Shown in pieces: positions 1-13,400 of a stretch of 64,000 nucleotides of DNA (its first letter is position 1; each line of letters begins with the position of its first letter). The notes below the pieces were generated by a model. That model ran no database searches and had not been told where the DNA came from. It worked only from the letters and a program-made list of their open reading frames with translations. The stretch spans positions 1,178,001 through 1,242,000 of the forward strand of contig BQFW01000014.1 of the NCBI GenBank assembly GCA_020891255.1. Direction: 5' to 3'. Origin of the DNA: Entomortierella parvispora E1425. Taxonomy: Eukaryota > Fungi > Mortierellomycota. A program made the position numbers and the translations under genes.

Positions 1-1700
1 AGATCATCCACATCTTCAATGCCTACACAGAGGCGGATCAAATCCTCGGGCATGGCACGCTCTGCGCGAACTGCCGCTGGGATACTGGCGTGAGACATGC
101 GACATGGCATACTATGAAAGAGATGGGACGCAGGCGATATTAGTTGTATATCCAACAATGACTACCGTGGCCAATAGAAATGGCAGCATCAATTGCATGG
201 AGAGGGACCTTACCTGATAAGAGAGTTGACACAGCCAAAGCTTACACTGATACCCCAGAGACGAGTCAGCTCGACCAACTTCTCACTCAACTCCACATTA
301 CCGGTTTCAAAGCTGAGGACAGCCCCTGGTCCACGGGACATCTTTGCGTGCAATTCGTATTGGGGGTGGGTCTTCAAACCAGGATAATGGACCTTGAACT
401 TATGCGCTTGCAAAAAGTCGGCGATCTGAATGGCATTGGCTTGTTGACGGTCCATGCGCACAGCCAAAGTCTTCACACCTCTCATCAACAGCCAACAGTC
501 GAAAGGTCCAAGTCCAACTCCAGTGGCATTGATTGTGAAGTAAATTTTCTAATGATCAGCAACAAACATGGTTAGCCAACTTGCATTTTGAGAAAGGGCG
601 GCGATGCATATGCGCGCGCGAGATTTCATGCCACAGACGCAGATATGTTCAGTCTCTCACCTCGCCAATGGCATCATCCTTAACAGCAACAACTCCTGCC
701 ATGAGATCGTGGTGCCCACTGAGGTATTTGGTTCCAGAGTGGTAAACGATGTCGGCACCCAATTCCAGGGGCTTTTGAAGGTAGGGAGACATCATGGTGT
801 TATCAACGACGACAAGCGCGTTGGGGCATCGTTCGTGCACAATCTCGGAAATGCGAGGGATATCAGCGACCTTCATCAAGGGGTTGGTGGGTGTCTCGAG
901 CAAGACCAATCGGGTCTTTTCAGAGAGGTAAGGGATGATGGTTTCTGAGTCGGTAGTATCGATGTGGTGTGTCTTGACATTGTTGTGTGTAGCCAAGAAG
1001 CTCAAGAGTCGGTTGGTGCCTATGTTGGAGCGAATCAGGTAATAAAAAAAGCGTTGAGGGACAAAGGCAAAGAAGGAGGATGGTGAGTATCGAATCGATG
1101 GGCGACGATTTCCCAATCAACAGTCCAAAGGCTGATCACATCATTTTAGAGCGAAAATTTCCCATGCGATCTATTCGCCGTGGGATCTGGTTTTGGTGTG
1201 TTGTGTGGGTTTCTTACCTCCGTAAAGGTCGTTTCCGGCAATGACTTCCTCACCCGCCTTGACAAGACGAGTGATGACATCCAAGGCAGTCATACCGCTG
1301 TTGACCGCAAAGGCTCTCTTTGCAGACATGATCTTGGCCAAGTGGTTTTCTATTGAAGGAGAAGGAATATGACGATCAGCTACCGAGCCTTGATGCAAGT
1401 GACTCTTTTTTTTTGTCCTGCGCCCGTCGGTCGGAGTAAAGAAACAGGTGCAGGGAGTGCAAAATGGACGTGTAGGGAGGGCTAGGACGACCTACCGACG
1501 TGGGAGCGAGTGGGGTTGCCCGAGCGGGAGTAGTCATACTCGCCCATCTGTGTTGAAGATGACTGCTTGAAGGTCGCTGTTTGGTAGATGGGCATGGAGG
1601 CTGCATTGTAGCTGTCCTTGGGACCCTTGCCATCAGAGTTGTCGACATAGACGAGCTCTGTGGCGGGTCTGTACTTGATACGGGTGGTGGAGTCAACCAT
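1..1700 (-). CDS. STR3: Cystathionine beta-lyase (Cys/Met metabolism PLP enzyme), multi-exon; last ~20 codons run off the left edge
   Basis: ATG at 1700. Exons encode MPIYQTATFKQ..YDYSRSGNPTR, AVNSGMTAL, LLETPTNPLM, VVDNT, PLP-lysine motif HSGTKYLSGHHDLMAG, SFGCVNSL and SHASIP..LIRLCVGIED. Assignment to beta-lyase rather than gamma-lyase is from recalled motif resemblance. Confidence 0.85.
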
Positions 1701-2156
1701 GGTGATATGTGAGTGTCTGCTGTGAGGGAGGAAAGAGAAAGAGAGCGAGTCCAGGAGCAGTTAGGTCGGTGTAGTGGGGAAAGAGAAGAGAGGAGGATGT
1801 GGTTGAAGAACAAAAGAGGTGAGACAGCCAGCCAGCCAGCCAGCCTATATCTCAGAATCAAGGTTCTCCACAGGTGCTCCCCACCGCTGCGAGTCATCGG
1901 CCATCACCCGCTCGCGCCATTTTGGACATTTCACAAGTCACGTTTTTGAGAACATCGGGCAGATATTACACCCTTAAGACACCAAGGGAGTGACTGCTCT
2001 ACTGTTTACCTGTTTTTTCTTTTTTTCTCTTGCCTTGCTGGGCTAAAAAGTCAAAAAAAAAAGACCGAGCTTCGTCGCTTGTCTATCACATTCATCGTCA
2101 TTTTCTCGATTACCTTCTCTCTCCATCTCCATTAATCTTTCACCCACCCCCCGACT

Positions 2157-3182
2157 ATGAACACCGACGAAGTCATCTGGCAGGTGATCAACCAGCAGTT
2201 CTGCTCTTACAAAGTCAAGTACGTTCGCATCCTCCATCCTGGTCTCATTCGTCTTTCGTAGCCGCTTGTTGTGATATCCGGCCCTCCCTCTTTTCCTCTC
2301 AACCAGGGCAAACAATACAAAGGGAAGCGTGGCTCTGGTTTTCTAATCTATACTCTCTTCATTCGTTGACTATGTCCCACCTATAGAACGGCAACTGGAA
2401 ACTTTTGCAGGAATGAATACAACGCCACTGGACTTTGCAACCGTCAATCATGCCCTCTCGCCAACTCTCGCTATGCCACCGTCCGTGAACAAAACGGTGT
2501 GATCTACCTCTTTGTAAAGACACCCGAGAGAGCACACATGCCCGCAAAGATGTGGGAGAAGATCAAGCTCTCAAAGAACTATGCTCAGGCACTGGAACAG
2601 ATTGACAAGGAGTTGATTTACTGGCCCAACTTCTCCATTCACAAGTGCAAGCAGCGTTTGACAAAGATCACCCAGTATCTCATCAAAATGCGTAAGCTGA
2701 AGCTCAAGGCAGATGAGAGACCAAAGTTGGTCGGTATCAAGAAGAAGGTCGACCGTCGCGAGGCACGGAGGGAGGTCAAGGCCGAAGCTGCGGCAAGATT
2801 GGACAAGGCCATTGAGAAGGAGTTGTTGGATCGTCTGAAGTCACACGCCTATGGCGATGCTCCTTTGAACGTACACGAGGATGTCTGGAAGGAGATCTTG
2901 GAGGGTGAGAAGGGCGCTCTGGAGGTCGACAGTGATCAGACTGACGAGGATGACTCTCAGTCAGAAGAGGAAGAAGAAGAGGAGGACGAGGATGAGGAGC
3001 GCGAGTACGTCTCTGACCAGAGCGAGGACGAGGAGGACATGGAAGATATGTTTGAGAAGGAATACGAGGTAAGAAACGATACTGGTGATTATGATATATT
3101 TGACCCAATTGAAGGCTGAAAACTGACATACCTTTTCCTTTCTCTCTCAATTGAACCACAGCACGAGACAGTGGAGCTCTAA
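2157..3182 (+). CDS. MAK16: MAK16, 60S ribosome biogenesis protein (3 exons: 2157-2218, 2387-3068, 3162-3182)
   Basis: [21 protein letters not shown] / [25 protein letters not shown] / [16 protein letters not shown], then an acidic tail. Canonical GT-AG introns. Confidence 0.95.
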
Positions 3183-3403
3183 GCACCAGGTGCCCTTTCG
3201 TAGACCATCCGTCTCCAACACATTTAACACCAACCGCATCAAAGCATTTCAAATATACATACCAGCATTTTTTTCTCAAAAGCTGCCAAACTGTTTTCAA
3301 CCTTTGAGGACGGAGCTCGACACACGTGATTTGTGCATTTTGGTGGCAATTCGCGAGTACATGTTGGCCAAGGAAACAGAAATGCATCGTTAGTTCTGAC
3401 ATC

Positions 3404-6400
3404 ATGGTCCACGGTATCCCTAACGCTAATTCCGAGAAGACGCTCGAGGAGCTTCGGAGGGTCGTCGTGACGCTGCCACACATGCCCAAAAATATTGTCG
3501 ATGACACTCGTCATGAAAAGGTGCTTTCGTATGTGTCTGCATTCATTGCGCAAGCCGATCAACAGTTGATGCAGACCATGCTCAGGGACTGGGCCATTCT
3601 CGACGTTCTACAGGTATATTGAGTAGAGACGTTCGAGCAAAGACATTTTGGAAATGGTAGTTCTTGAAGTGGTCATATTGATAAGTATCTTTCTTCCTTA
3701 GGCCTGCTTGCAACTAGATCAGGACTATCGCGTTGGTTGTGTTGCTTTGAGGCTCCTTGGGTTTCTAATGAAATTCGATCATTCGGAACGAGAGAGCGAA
3801 GAGTCAGTGTGGGGCATGCTGGAGTCAAAGTATCCGTCGATGCTCCAGCACATGATTGACAATACCATGGGAAAGGAGGCCTTGACACGATACTCGTGCT
3901 GGTTTGCACTTGAGCGAGCTGTCCAATACGACAAAGGTGCTCAATGGTAAGCGACTGCCTGCATTATTATCCGTGCACTCCCTCGAATCCCGTTGCTCAT
4001 CTCTAAGACATATCACAGGCTTCTAGCTTCAAAAAAATGTGCCGAGATGGTATCTTCTGCCCTGAGGGACGGCAGTACATACGTAAGTTTACACCTCAAT
4101 CGAGCCAATTAGCACCAAAATGAGCATGAAATTTAATCGAAGAGTTTTATCTCTGTAGGTCTTGGCTGCCGCTTGTCAATTCTTGGTTGCCATCATCGAG
4201 AATCGAAGTGCAGATGCGGAAAAAAATACGGCACACGATACCTTAATGGATACCCTACTGGAGTCAATTGATCTCTACAAACTTATCGAAAGCATGATGA
4301 AGGATCAGAGCTCAGAAAGTAACCGTGTGGCTGGACTCGAGTTTCTATGGATGGTGACAAATACACGATCAGACAGAGGCGCAACTTTTCTTCGACAAAG
4401 TCGATTGGTAACTATTGCTTTGGTTATCAAACATACCATGTACGTACTGTGAGATGCACGACTAACCCCTGCCATCCCATAGTTCCATTCTTACATGGAC
4501 CTACTTATGGACGACTCGAGACTTGTTAGGAGTCGAGCTTTGGATGTGCTGTCAATTCTGCTTGACTCTGTCACTGATCCACTGTCGGTTCTTGGCAGAA
4601 AACCCGATAGTTTGGATAGCATGGACGCGGATATGTCCAAAGATGAAGCAATGGTGAAATGTGAGTAGAGAAGAATTAGGATAGATTTCAAGCCAATATC
4701 TACTAACCACCGTCTTTGAGTAGGTTTTGCTTATATGCTGGACCATGAAGTGTACTCCTTGTTGGCTCAAACAGAGTCCCTGAAGGCCCTGCACGTTGCG
4801 ACGGGAATCCTCGATGCGATGATTATGCCTCTTTGTCACACAGATGAAATGGATGGAAAAGGGGCACATTTCAAAGACACCATACTAGCCGTTGTACTAT
4901 GGATTCTTCAGGCGCTTCAGGATTTCAGTAAAACGGACAGCTCTACTGAGAGTCGCCCAAAAGTCGAAACTGTCATGGTACCGGGTCCAGGAAAGCTTTC
5001 GTCGTTGCTAAATGCGACGGGTTTCCAGAGCACGATGAGGACCCACAGTCGCATTAAGCCATTGCGAGGTGCCGGCACGCGAGGCGGAACTCTCCCGAAA
5101 ACGATCGTCCTATCTGCGCTGAAGGCCCTCCAGAGCTTGGCGCTTTTGTATTCGGAGTCTGTGAAAAATAGTGCAGCCATCGCCATTACGCTCTCAATTC
5201 TCTTTGATCAGAAGCTTTGCTCGGATCAGAGAGTGTTCAAGTCGTGTTTGGCGACTCTCCCCGTTGTATTGAAGACTAAAGTACAGAACGGCCAGTTGCT
5301 GGACGAACAAATATTTCACAGTGCCATGAAGGTTATCCTCGGTCTCATTCAACGTCCAGGAACAGGAAGCACATCACTGAGACTTATTCTCATCGCCATC
5401 CAAGAGTTCTTTGCGGACAGTATTCTTGGCACAATTCTTGTGAACGAGGTAGGCCCAGTTGGTATCCATAAATGTCGCATTTTAGTCATCGCGTATTAAT
5501 ATCTTGATGCTTGAATACAATAGAAAGTGGGCAATGACCTCTCGAACGGCCTTGGATTGAAGCTCTATGATATGGAGTGGGATGTCCGGGATAATGTTGT
5601 CGAATACATTGGAAACCTTTTCGCGTCGGTAAGGCTTTCAGTTACCCTTGCGGTCAATATATCCAGTGTCGTTCATTAGCTGACGGATCTTCCTTACTTA
5701 TAGGGAGGACCAGAGCATGGAGTTGAGTGGGCGCTCAAGCACGACCTTTTAGAATCCATTTTCCAAAAGCTGTCGGATGAGGAGGCGTATGTTCGAGCAG
5801 CAAGCGTCCATGCTTTCGAGCTGGTGATGCGAGACGCTCGTGGCTGGAAGGGGATGTGCGAAAAGAACTTAGACAAGCGACTGAGTGCCCAGCTGCCAAC
5901 TTTGATTCGCGATAGCGAGGCATTCGTCCGTCGAGCTGTCCTGGAGGCCATGATCTGTCTTGTGAGCGAACGCGAATCTGGAACTGTTCTTATGATTAAC
6001 GGGACTGATCTGTTTGTGGAGTGAGTTTTGCCAATGTCAGTACTGTTTTCTTAGAGAAGCAACGATGAATTCTGACAAGAGCTTTTGTATTTCCTCTGTA
6101 GTGCGACCTTCATGTCAAGACTTACTCTGGATGATGCAGACTGGGAGGTTCGTATCCGTGCCAGCGAGTTCTTGGCCGCAGTATGGGAGCATAGTATTGC
6201 TTTGGACGAGAGAGCAGATTACAGAATTCGAGCTTCCAAACGTGTCAAAGACTCTGATCGCGAAGCGCAGGATGATACGATTCCTGCACGGCCCTCTACT
6301 TGGTGGTTCTATGATATTAAAGGCGATCAGATTCTGGTGGAGGCGACGCGAGACTCGTCGAGAATGGTACGACTGACTAGCGTCGAGACACTGAAGAAGA

Positions 6401-6762
6401 TCAAGGCATCCATTGAGCAGCGTCTGCAGTTTGAGCCTATTGCCGCCCACAAAACAGATCAGCTTGAACAGAATGTCGATATGGATCATGGATCATTGCA
6501 CCAACGGAAGCGATTTGCTGGCAACGGTGAAGGTAGTGGCTCGTCTGAAGGCCAGCATATGAAGACTGGAGGTCAGTCGGGCACACATCCTCATGCTGCG
6601 TTCTACAAAGTTCTACAGGGCCTGGATTTCGAAAGACTTGATGCTACAACTTCCGTTGAGCAACTCTACGAGGAAGTTTTGAATGTTGAGCGTGTAGAGG
6701 ACGTTGTGATGGCCGAGAGCGAAAATCCAAATGATGGCAACAATGTTCTGGACTGTTACTGA
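3404..6762 (+). CDS. BRAT1: BRAT1-like ARM/HEAT-repeat protein, ~9 exons, ending in DCY*
   Basis: Spliced product contains WDVRDNVVEYI, KLSDEEAYVRAASV, DSEAFVRRAVL, DADWEVR and terminal VLDCY. These match recalled BRAT1 motifs WEVRDSALEFL, QDPESYVRASAV, DSEGFPRRAVM, DWEVR and terminal DCY in the same order. Start codon is approximate. Confidence 0.85.
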
Positions 6763-7172
6763 GCTGTTTTGGAATAAAAGCAAAAGAACCGCTCCCTCTG
6801 TTTGTTCCCCACCCCCCTGCTTCCTTGTTGTGCATGAAGATAGGATGGACAATCCACCCTCCAACCGTTTTGGACGTCTATCTCCCTTGGGCTTGTTCAG
6901 CATCTTATCTCCAGACAGCGCACAAAAAGTCCGAGGCTGCTACCATGCGCACAAGCACTCCTTCTTCGCACCATGACGATGCTGTGGGACCTTCTGACCT
7001 TGTGCACTCTACTTGTTATTACTGTGCTGACTGGCTGAGTTGCATGTCGGTGTGTAGCAGGTACATGTGGCCATGTGCACAAAGAAAGGGGAAATAGGGG
7101 CGCGAGCGCATGGGACGTGACCGGGGCGACGGATTCAGTGAACAGCACACGGACGACTGACAATGACCGCCT

Positions 7173-7173
<1 letters not shown>

Positions 7174-7205
<32 letters not shown>
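7174..7205. repeat. (CT)n microsatellite upstream of the formin gene
   Basis: About 16 CT units, read directly. Confidence 0.95.
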
Positions 7206-7208
<3 letters not shown>

Positions 7209-7428
7209 CCCTTCCTGCTGTTTAACCCTTCTCTTCCTCCCATCTCCATTACCATTCCCATCGCATTCATTTCCACCTGCTCTTCCATTCTCTCATTCAC
7301 TCGTGTCACATTAAAAACGACAGAGAGACGCGTTCAGAAACCAGAGCCCATAAACCGGCTTTTTTTTTCTTCGACAACAACTTTTTTTCTTTCAGCAGAG
7401 GCACTTATTGCAGTACATAACGCACGGG

Positions 7429-10400
7429 ATGGGGAAACAGGATATCATCCAGGTGTTGACACCGGATCACTCGAGAGAGGCCACGTTCCTGGATGAGGAT
7501 GCGACCGTGGGTGATTTGCTTACGGCCATGGCCATCGACAGCGAGATTTATAGCGATGGCCATTGGGCGTTCGTGGAAGTAGCTATGCCTCGAAGCAGTG
7601 AGTGTCTCTGAGGAGTGTCTTTTGTTTTTCATAGGAAGGACCCATGTTCGAAGGAAGTTCTGACATGCTCTTTCTCTAATCTTACAGGTACACTGACATA
7701 TCGGGAGCTATTTGCCTTGGATCAAGGTAAAAGAGATGAGCATGCATGACAAGGAGCTGAAGTCAGCGCTCAGGAACCAGGAACCAATTTTTTGACCCAT
7801 TTGGACTCTTTACATAGGTGCATTGTCATTCGATACACCCATCAAGGAGATTCAGGAACGCCATCAAGAGTTGCTGAAGAACCCGGATGCAACCGTTCTC
7901 AAAATCGTCAATTTGCAGTATACTTTGCCCGTTGTGTTTCGTCATGTCCCCACGGTCCCAGAGGCTCATTGCCGTCAGATCCATATATTGCCCTCGATGG
8001 ACGTCCGTCAAATCCGTGACATTGTCATGCATGAGATGGGATTGAAGTCTCTGGATACTACTCCACCGGCTAATGCCAGCAGCGGCGGCGCAGCCAGAAT
8101 GCCCACCTCGGCTGATTTCGTGTTGTCACAGGTCAAAGTCAATGCAGACGGTGCTGAAGGTAAAATGAACATGCTAAAGTTATAGCTATAGTGACTGCAA
8201 AGCCCATGTAAAGGGGTAGAAGCCTTACCTAATATTCATCTCGAGAACCTCCGCAGAGGAAAGACAGCTTGGGGACGACGAGAATCCATTTGAACTGCTC
8301 CAAGAGAACAGAGAGCTTCTTCTTCGACATCAGATCAAGGATTATCACTTCCTCTTTACAGTCCCAGACTCGTGGATCTCCAAGGTCGAGTCAGTAACAT
8401 CAAGGATTACAAAGGGATGGACGGCCACAAGACCCTTGTCCATGGCAGTTTACGGACTTTTTGGTGGGGCGCCGTCCTCCCCTCCGCAGGCCACCGCCAG
8501 TCGTGAGATCTCTGCCCCTATTCCTATTGCCTCTACGTCCATCCACCACCCATCGTTCAATAACATGGGTGGCATTAACGATCAAGAGCAGGATGTCAAC
8601 AATAGGAAGGCTCAGAATAGGAGACAGAGCATGATTGCGGGGTCAAGATTGAGCTCGTTCTTTGACCCATCTTCAATAGGCGGGTGGCTGGCTCCAGATC
8701 CAAAGAAGCGATTTTCAATGATTGGCGGCGTAAGCTCCCCCAGCTTAATATCCCGACCCACCGGGTTTGATAACAGTACGGGATCTGGATCAGAATTCCA
8801 CAACATGTCCGACGAAGAGCTGAACGAAACTTTTGTAGCATTGCTGGTAAACAACTGATTTCTTTTTTTTTCTTCATCCTCATTAAGAGGCTCGAGAGTT
8901 CCCTTTGGCGCATACTGACACTCGCTTCTGATAACTTAGAGCGATCTCAATATCAAGGACACTGGCGCAATGATGCAGTTCAGCAGAGAGAAAAGAATCG
9001 CACTTATTGTCCAAAATCAGCAGCTTCAGCAACAAAAGGAACAGAAGGAACGGATTGCCTCGCCAGATCCATACTCGGCCCAGGGATCAAACGCCACTGC
9101 GCCTAGGAATGCAATTAGCAGAAACAAATTCATCGGCTCCATCTCTTCCAGGGTATCTTTTATCGAGCCTGATAGCCCGTCTCCTCAACCTTCTACGGCC
9201 GCAGGAGGCCCACAGAAGCTACATTCTCGCTACTCCTCGTGGTCGAGTCTGGCTGGGTCCTATGATGGCTCAGTGACTGAGACCTCAGGATCGCCACCCA
9301 AGCCAACGACCCTTTCAGAGCGGCCCATGTCTCCAACGATGGCAGCTGCTGGATCACTTTGGTCTAGTTGGTTTGGCGCCACACAGCAAAATGATACCTC
9401 TTCGTTGGACGAACCCAATGACGACTCACCTCAGTACTATGTCGATCAATTGATGAACAAGTAAGTCATTTCGCCAAGCGCCAGTTGCTACAGGCACGCG
9501 AGGCGGTGACTAACCTATCTTGCATATCATCAGGACAACTACTCAAAAGACGCTTGTCAAGCAGCTTCAGGCACTTCGAGTAGCACTCGCAACGGCTAAG
9601 CTGTCGTGGATTCGACAGTTTCTTGACTGCAGAGGGTTCAGGGCACTGGAGACGGTGCTAGACAGGACGACAATCAAGAAGCGGGCGGGCAAAGCCAACG
9701 ACTTGGACGAGACTCTGCAGTCTGAGTGCGTCCAGTGTCTTCGTGTGCTGATGAACACCGAGGTAAGCTCATTGCACTCCCGTTGTTTGATCAGTGGTGG
9801 ACAATTGCATCATCCCTCTTCGATAGCCTTTTTCTCACTTTTCACACCTTTCCTTCCCAGCCTGGCTTTGCTCAAGTCCTCCGCTCACCCTCTCTGGTCG
9901 CCCATATTTCATACTGTCTTTATACGACCAACAGCAAACTGCGGACAAAAGTCGCTGAGGTCCTGGCCGCGCTTTGCGTCATGTCGCCAGAATCGCACCG
10001 ACTTGTGCTGATGGCTCTTTCGGACTTCAGGGTTGCACATGAAGAGAGGTTTCGATTCGAGTACCTGGTGCAGACCCTGGGGGCGGCAACTACGAGCGAG
10101 CAGGAGGCAGGAGGAGCAGACAATCAAGAGAACTTTGAATGGGAATACAAGACCGCTTGCTTGAGTTTGATGAATGCATTGGCCAATTCTCCATCCTTGC
10201 TGGCGGACAGGATCTCGCTTCGAAACGAACTCAGGCGCCGTGGATTAGAAGAGGTGTTCAAAAACTTGCAGGCGCAGTCGCCACCAGAGTCGTTGCTGAT
10301 TCAGATCAACGTGTACGAGGACGAACAACACGAGGACTGGGTCGATCTCCAAGAACAACGCGCCTACGAAACATCGCTAATGCAGCCAGGAGAAGAAGTG

Positions 10401-13400
10401 TAAGGGATATTGCATCCGCTGTCTGAATAAGCTACAACAAGGACGAATTCTTATAATTTTGCTTTGCTTACCGACCATACTCGTAGTGCTCAAGAATCAG
10501 AGCTTGCGATGACGATATCTAGTCTCGGACCTGTGGATGATGAGCTTTACCCTCGAATCGTCAAGGCTTTGCAGCAATATGCGAACGCTGCAGTGTCAAC
10601 ACTTACCCAAGAGGAATCAGATGATGAAGAGGTCCACGACTCGGACCTGATTTCTAGGCAGAGTCCGTAAGGCCATCTTTCCATGTTTTTTTATTTTTTT
10701 TTTTTTATATATATATTGCTGACAATCTCTGCTTCGCATGTGTACCTGACGCCACTTTTTCCTTTTCACAGTCAGTTCAAGGAAGACTTGTGGACGATAG
10801 TCGAAAAGTTTGGAGAACGCGTTTTTCAGATGCGGAATCTAGACAAAGATTGGGCTATTTGTCAAGACGAATTTTTGGAGGGAATCCAACACATTGTGGG
10901 CAAACGGGGAGCCATCCTTTCATTTTCGATGGACCCAAATCTCAGCAGCGCCAATGGTGGCGCAAACTCCAATTCTTCCTCTGCCGCCTCGGTCTCGTCT
11001 CTCTCCCTTATGTCAAGTCGCCGTCATAGCTATATCGACTATGAAATCGACAGTCTGAGGCACGATGTCGATGATCTGAGAGACGACAATGATAAACTGC
11101 GCAAGGACTTGGAGTTGGCGCGCAGTGAGGCTGAAGAAGCAAGAGTTCAGCTACAGATCCAATTGCAGCAGCAGCAGCAAAAGGAATTGGAACAGCAACA
11201 GCAAAAATCAAAATCAGGACATTTCAAGGACCCACGGGATGGATCGGATAGCGAACTCCCAACTTCCTACGGGAAACGAGAGGTAAATGATTTCACTTTC
11301 ATTATGCTGTGTGGGTTTGGTGATGTTCTATATCTCTGCATCTTTGCTCATGCCGATATACTCTCCTCCTGCCATGCATCTGTCTGGGTGACTCTGCTTT
11401 CCTGTTGTGTTACTGTGGGTTTATTTGCCGACATCCAGAACCACGCCGGGGTTGTTCAGCGACTGGTACAGAAGGAGAAAGAAGTTGCCCAGCTTCGTGA
11501 GACTATCGAAAAGATGGAGAAGAAGTACAAGGACAAAGCGGAGCTCGTTACCGTGAGTTTGTCCGGCCCTACAAAGGGAACCAAGTAGGAACGGCACGCG
11601 ATGGCATAGACCGGCCCACTAACTAGTGATATCCTTTGCGCACATAGGATGACGAGCCTCGCAAGTCTGAACGGTCCAAAGAAATTGACAGCACTCGCTG
11701 GAATGCCATGATGAGTGAGGTTCAAATCCAGAAGAACAAGGTACCATGTTGGTTTATAAGGAAAGACAAGAAACAGATCCTATAGTTCATCTTTTCTGAT
11801 AATCGTTTTACTCTCAATCGTTTCTAGACGGCAGAGGTTGCTAGCCTTGCCGACGAGCGTCAAAAAGAAATTGCTTACCTCAAGCGTGCCTTGGAAATCG
11901 TGTGTACTCGCTACGAGAATGCCATGGGCGAAAGACCTCCAGCTGTGACGGATGACGATCATGCCAATCAGCAGAATCAGACCGAAGGAGCCTTGCAATT
12001 GTCCAAAACTTTTGAGGCTTTGGCGAGAAAGGATGAAGAGATCATAGAGCTCAAGGATGAAGTGGAGCGCTTACGAAAGGAAACTATGGTTGGACTGACA
12101 CCTACCGAAGAGGCCCTGTCCCTTCGTGGAAGCCTCAAGGATGTGATGCAAAGAGTTCAGGAACTTCAGATCATTGTAGCGGAGAGAGAAAAAACGATCA
12201 AAGGATTGAAAGAATCTCTGTTCAGCATGGAGGCCGCCAAACTTTCGGACGATAAGGATGGCGTCTCCCAGGCACATGGGCATCACGGTCAACCTGCCCA
12301 ACCTCAGCAGCAGGCCACGAATGGGCGTGTAGACAAATCGCATTCTCGTGGCAACCTGAAGTTGCAGATCAAAGCTCTTTCGGCCAATGGATGGCAGGCA
12401 GAAGAAGCGGACGAGGACCAAGAAGAAACGAGCAGTCAGGGCAGCGCGCTTTCGCCATCAACATCTGATTCACAAATTCAGAATCTTGGCTTGACAAGCC
12501 CTGGCAGACAACGACCCTCCGGAGGGGTGTTCTCACCGATTCTCTCGCCGCAACCCGGAAAGACAAGAGTTCTTGGATCAGGTGGACGACGACCTGCGTT
12601 GCCTCCTCCACCTCCACCTCCCGGTCCCAAGCATCAAATTTACGCTGCTAATGCGGCTGCTGCCGCTTTGGCTGCCGCTGGAACTGCTGCGACGGCTCAT
12701 GTTGCTGAAGCACCAAATGCTTCTACGCCGTCGCCTTCTGGGCCTCCTTCACCTCCACCACCGCCCCCTACTGCAACAGCTGCAGCCACTCAAGTCACTC
12801 AAGTGACGGCCAGTAGCTCAGCTCCACCTCCGCCACCTCCGCCACCTCCATTCACAGCAGCACGCAGTCCTCAGCAATTCAGTTCCCCTTCTGTACAGGT
12901 GGAGACCACTGTCGTCCCAACGAATCCAGTTTCAGCACCTCCTATGAACAGTGGCGCTCCTCCACCACCGCCTCCACCGCCTCCACCGCCATTCATTCCA
13001 GCCCCTCCACCAGGACCTGGAAAAAATGTGGTCCACTTCTCGACACCCGCGCCACCAGCGCCTGCTCATGTCCACTCAGTTGTAGCCACACCTGTGGCTG
13101 CTCTTGTCTTGGCTGCAGCATCTTCGTCGCCCCCACCGCTTCCGCCAATTCCTCCTGGTGTTGGCTTTAGTAAGGAAGCTCTCAAGGTGCCCTCTTACCC
13201 TCTTTCACCCCCACCGCCCCCTCCTCCACCATCCGGGCCTATCCCCGCAGGAGCGCACGGCGCCGCATCGCTTGAAGGCGCCATCCCAACCTTGCCTGTT
13301 TTCTTGGCTGGCAATAGGACAGCAAACCCTTTGAAGCCTTTGGCGATGGCAATCCCACAAGTTGTCAAGCCGACACGGCCAATGAAGGTAAGAATATCAA

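Noticed and set aside
2776-3507. 243-aa minus-strand ORF
   Set aside because: Antisense to MAK16 and the BRAT1 start, Pro/Arg-rich artefact.
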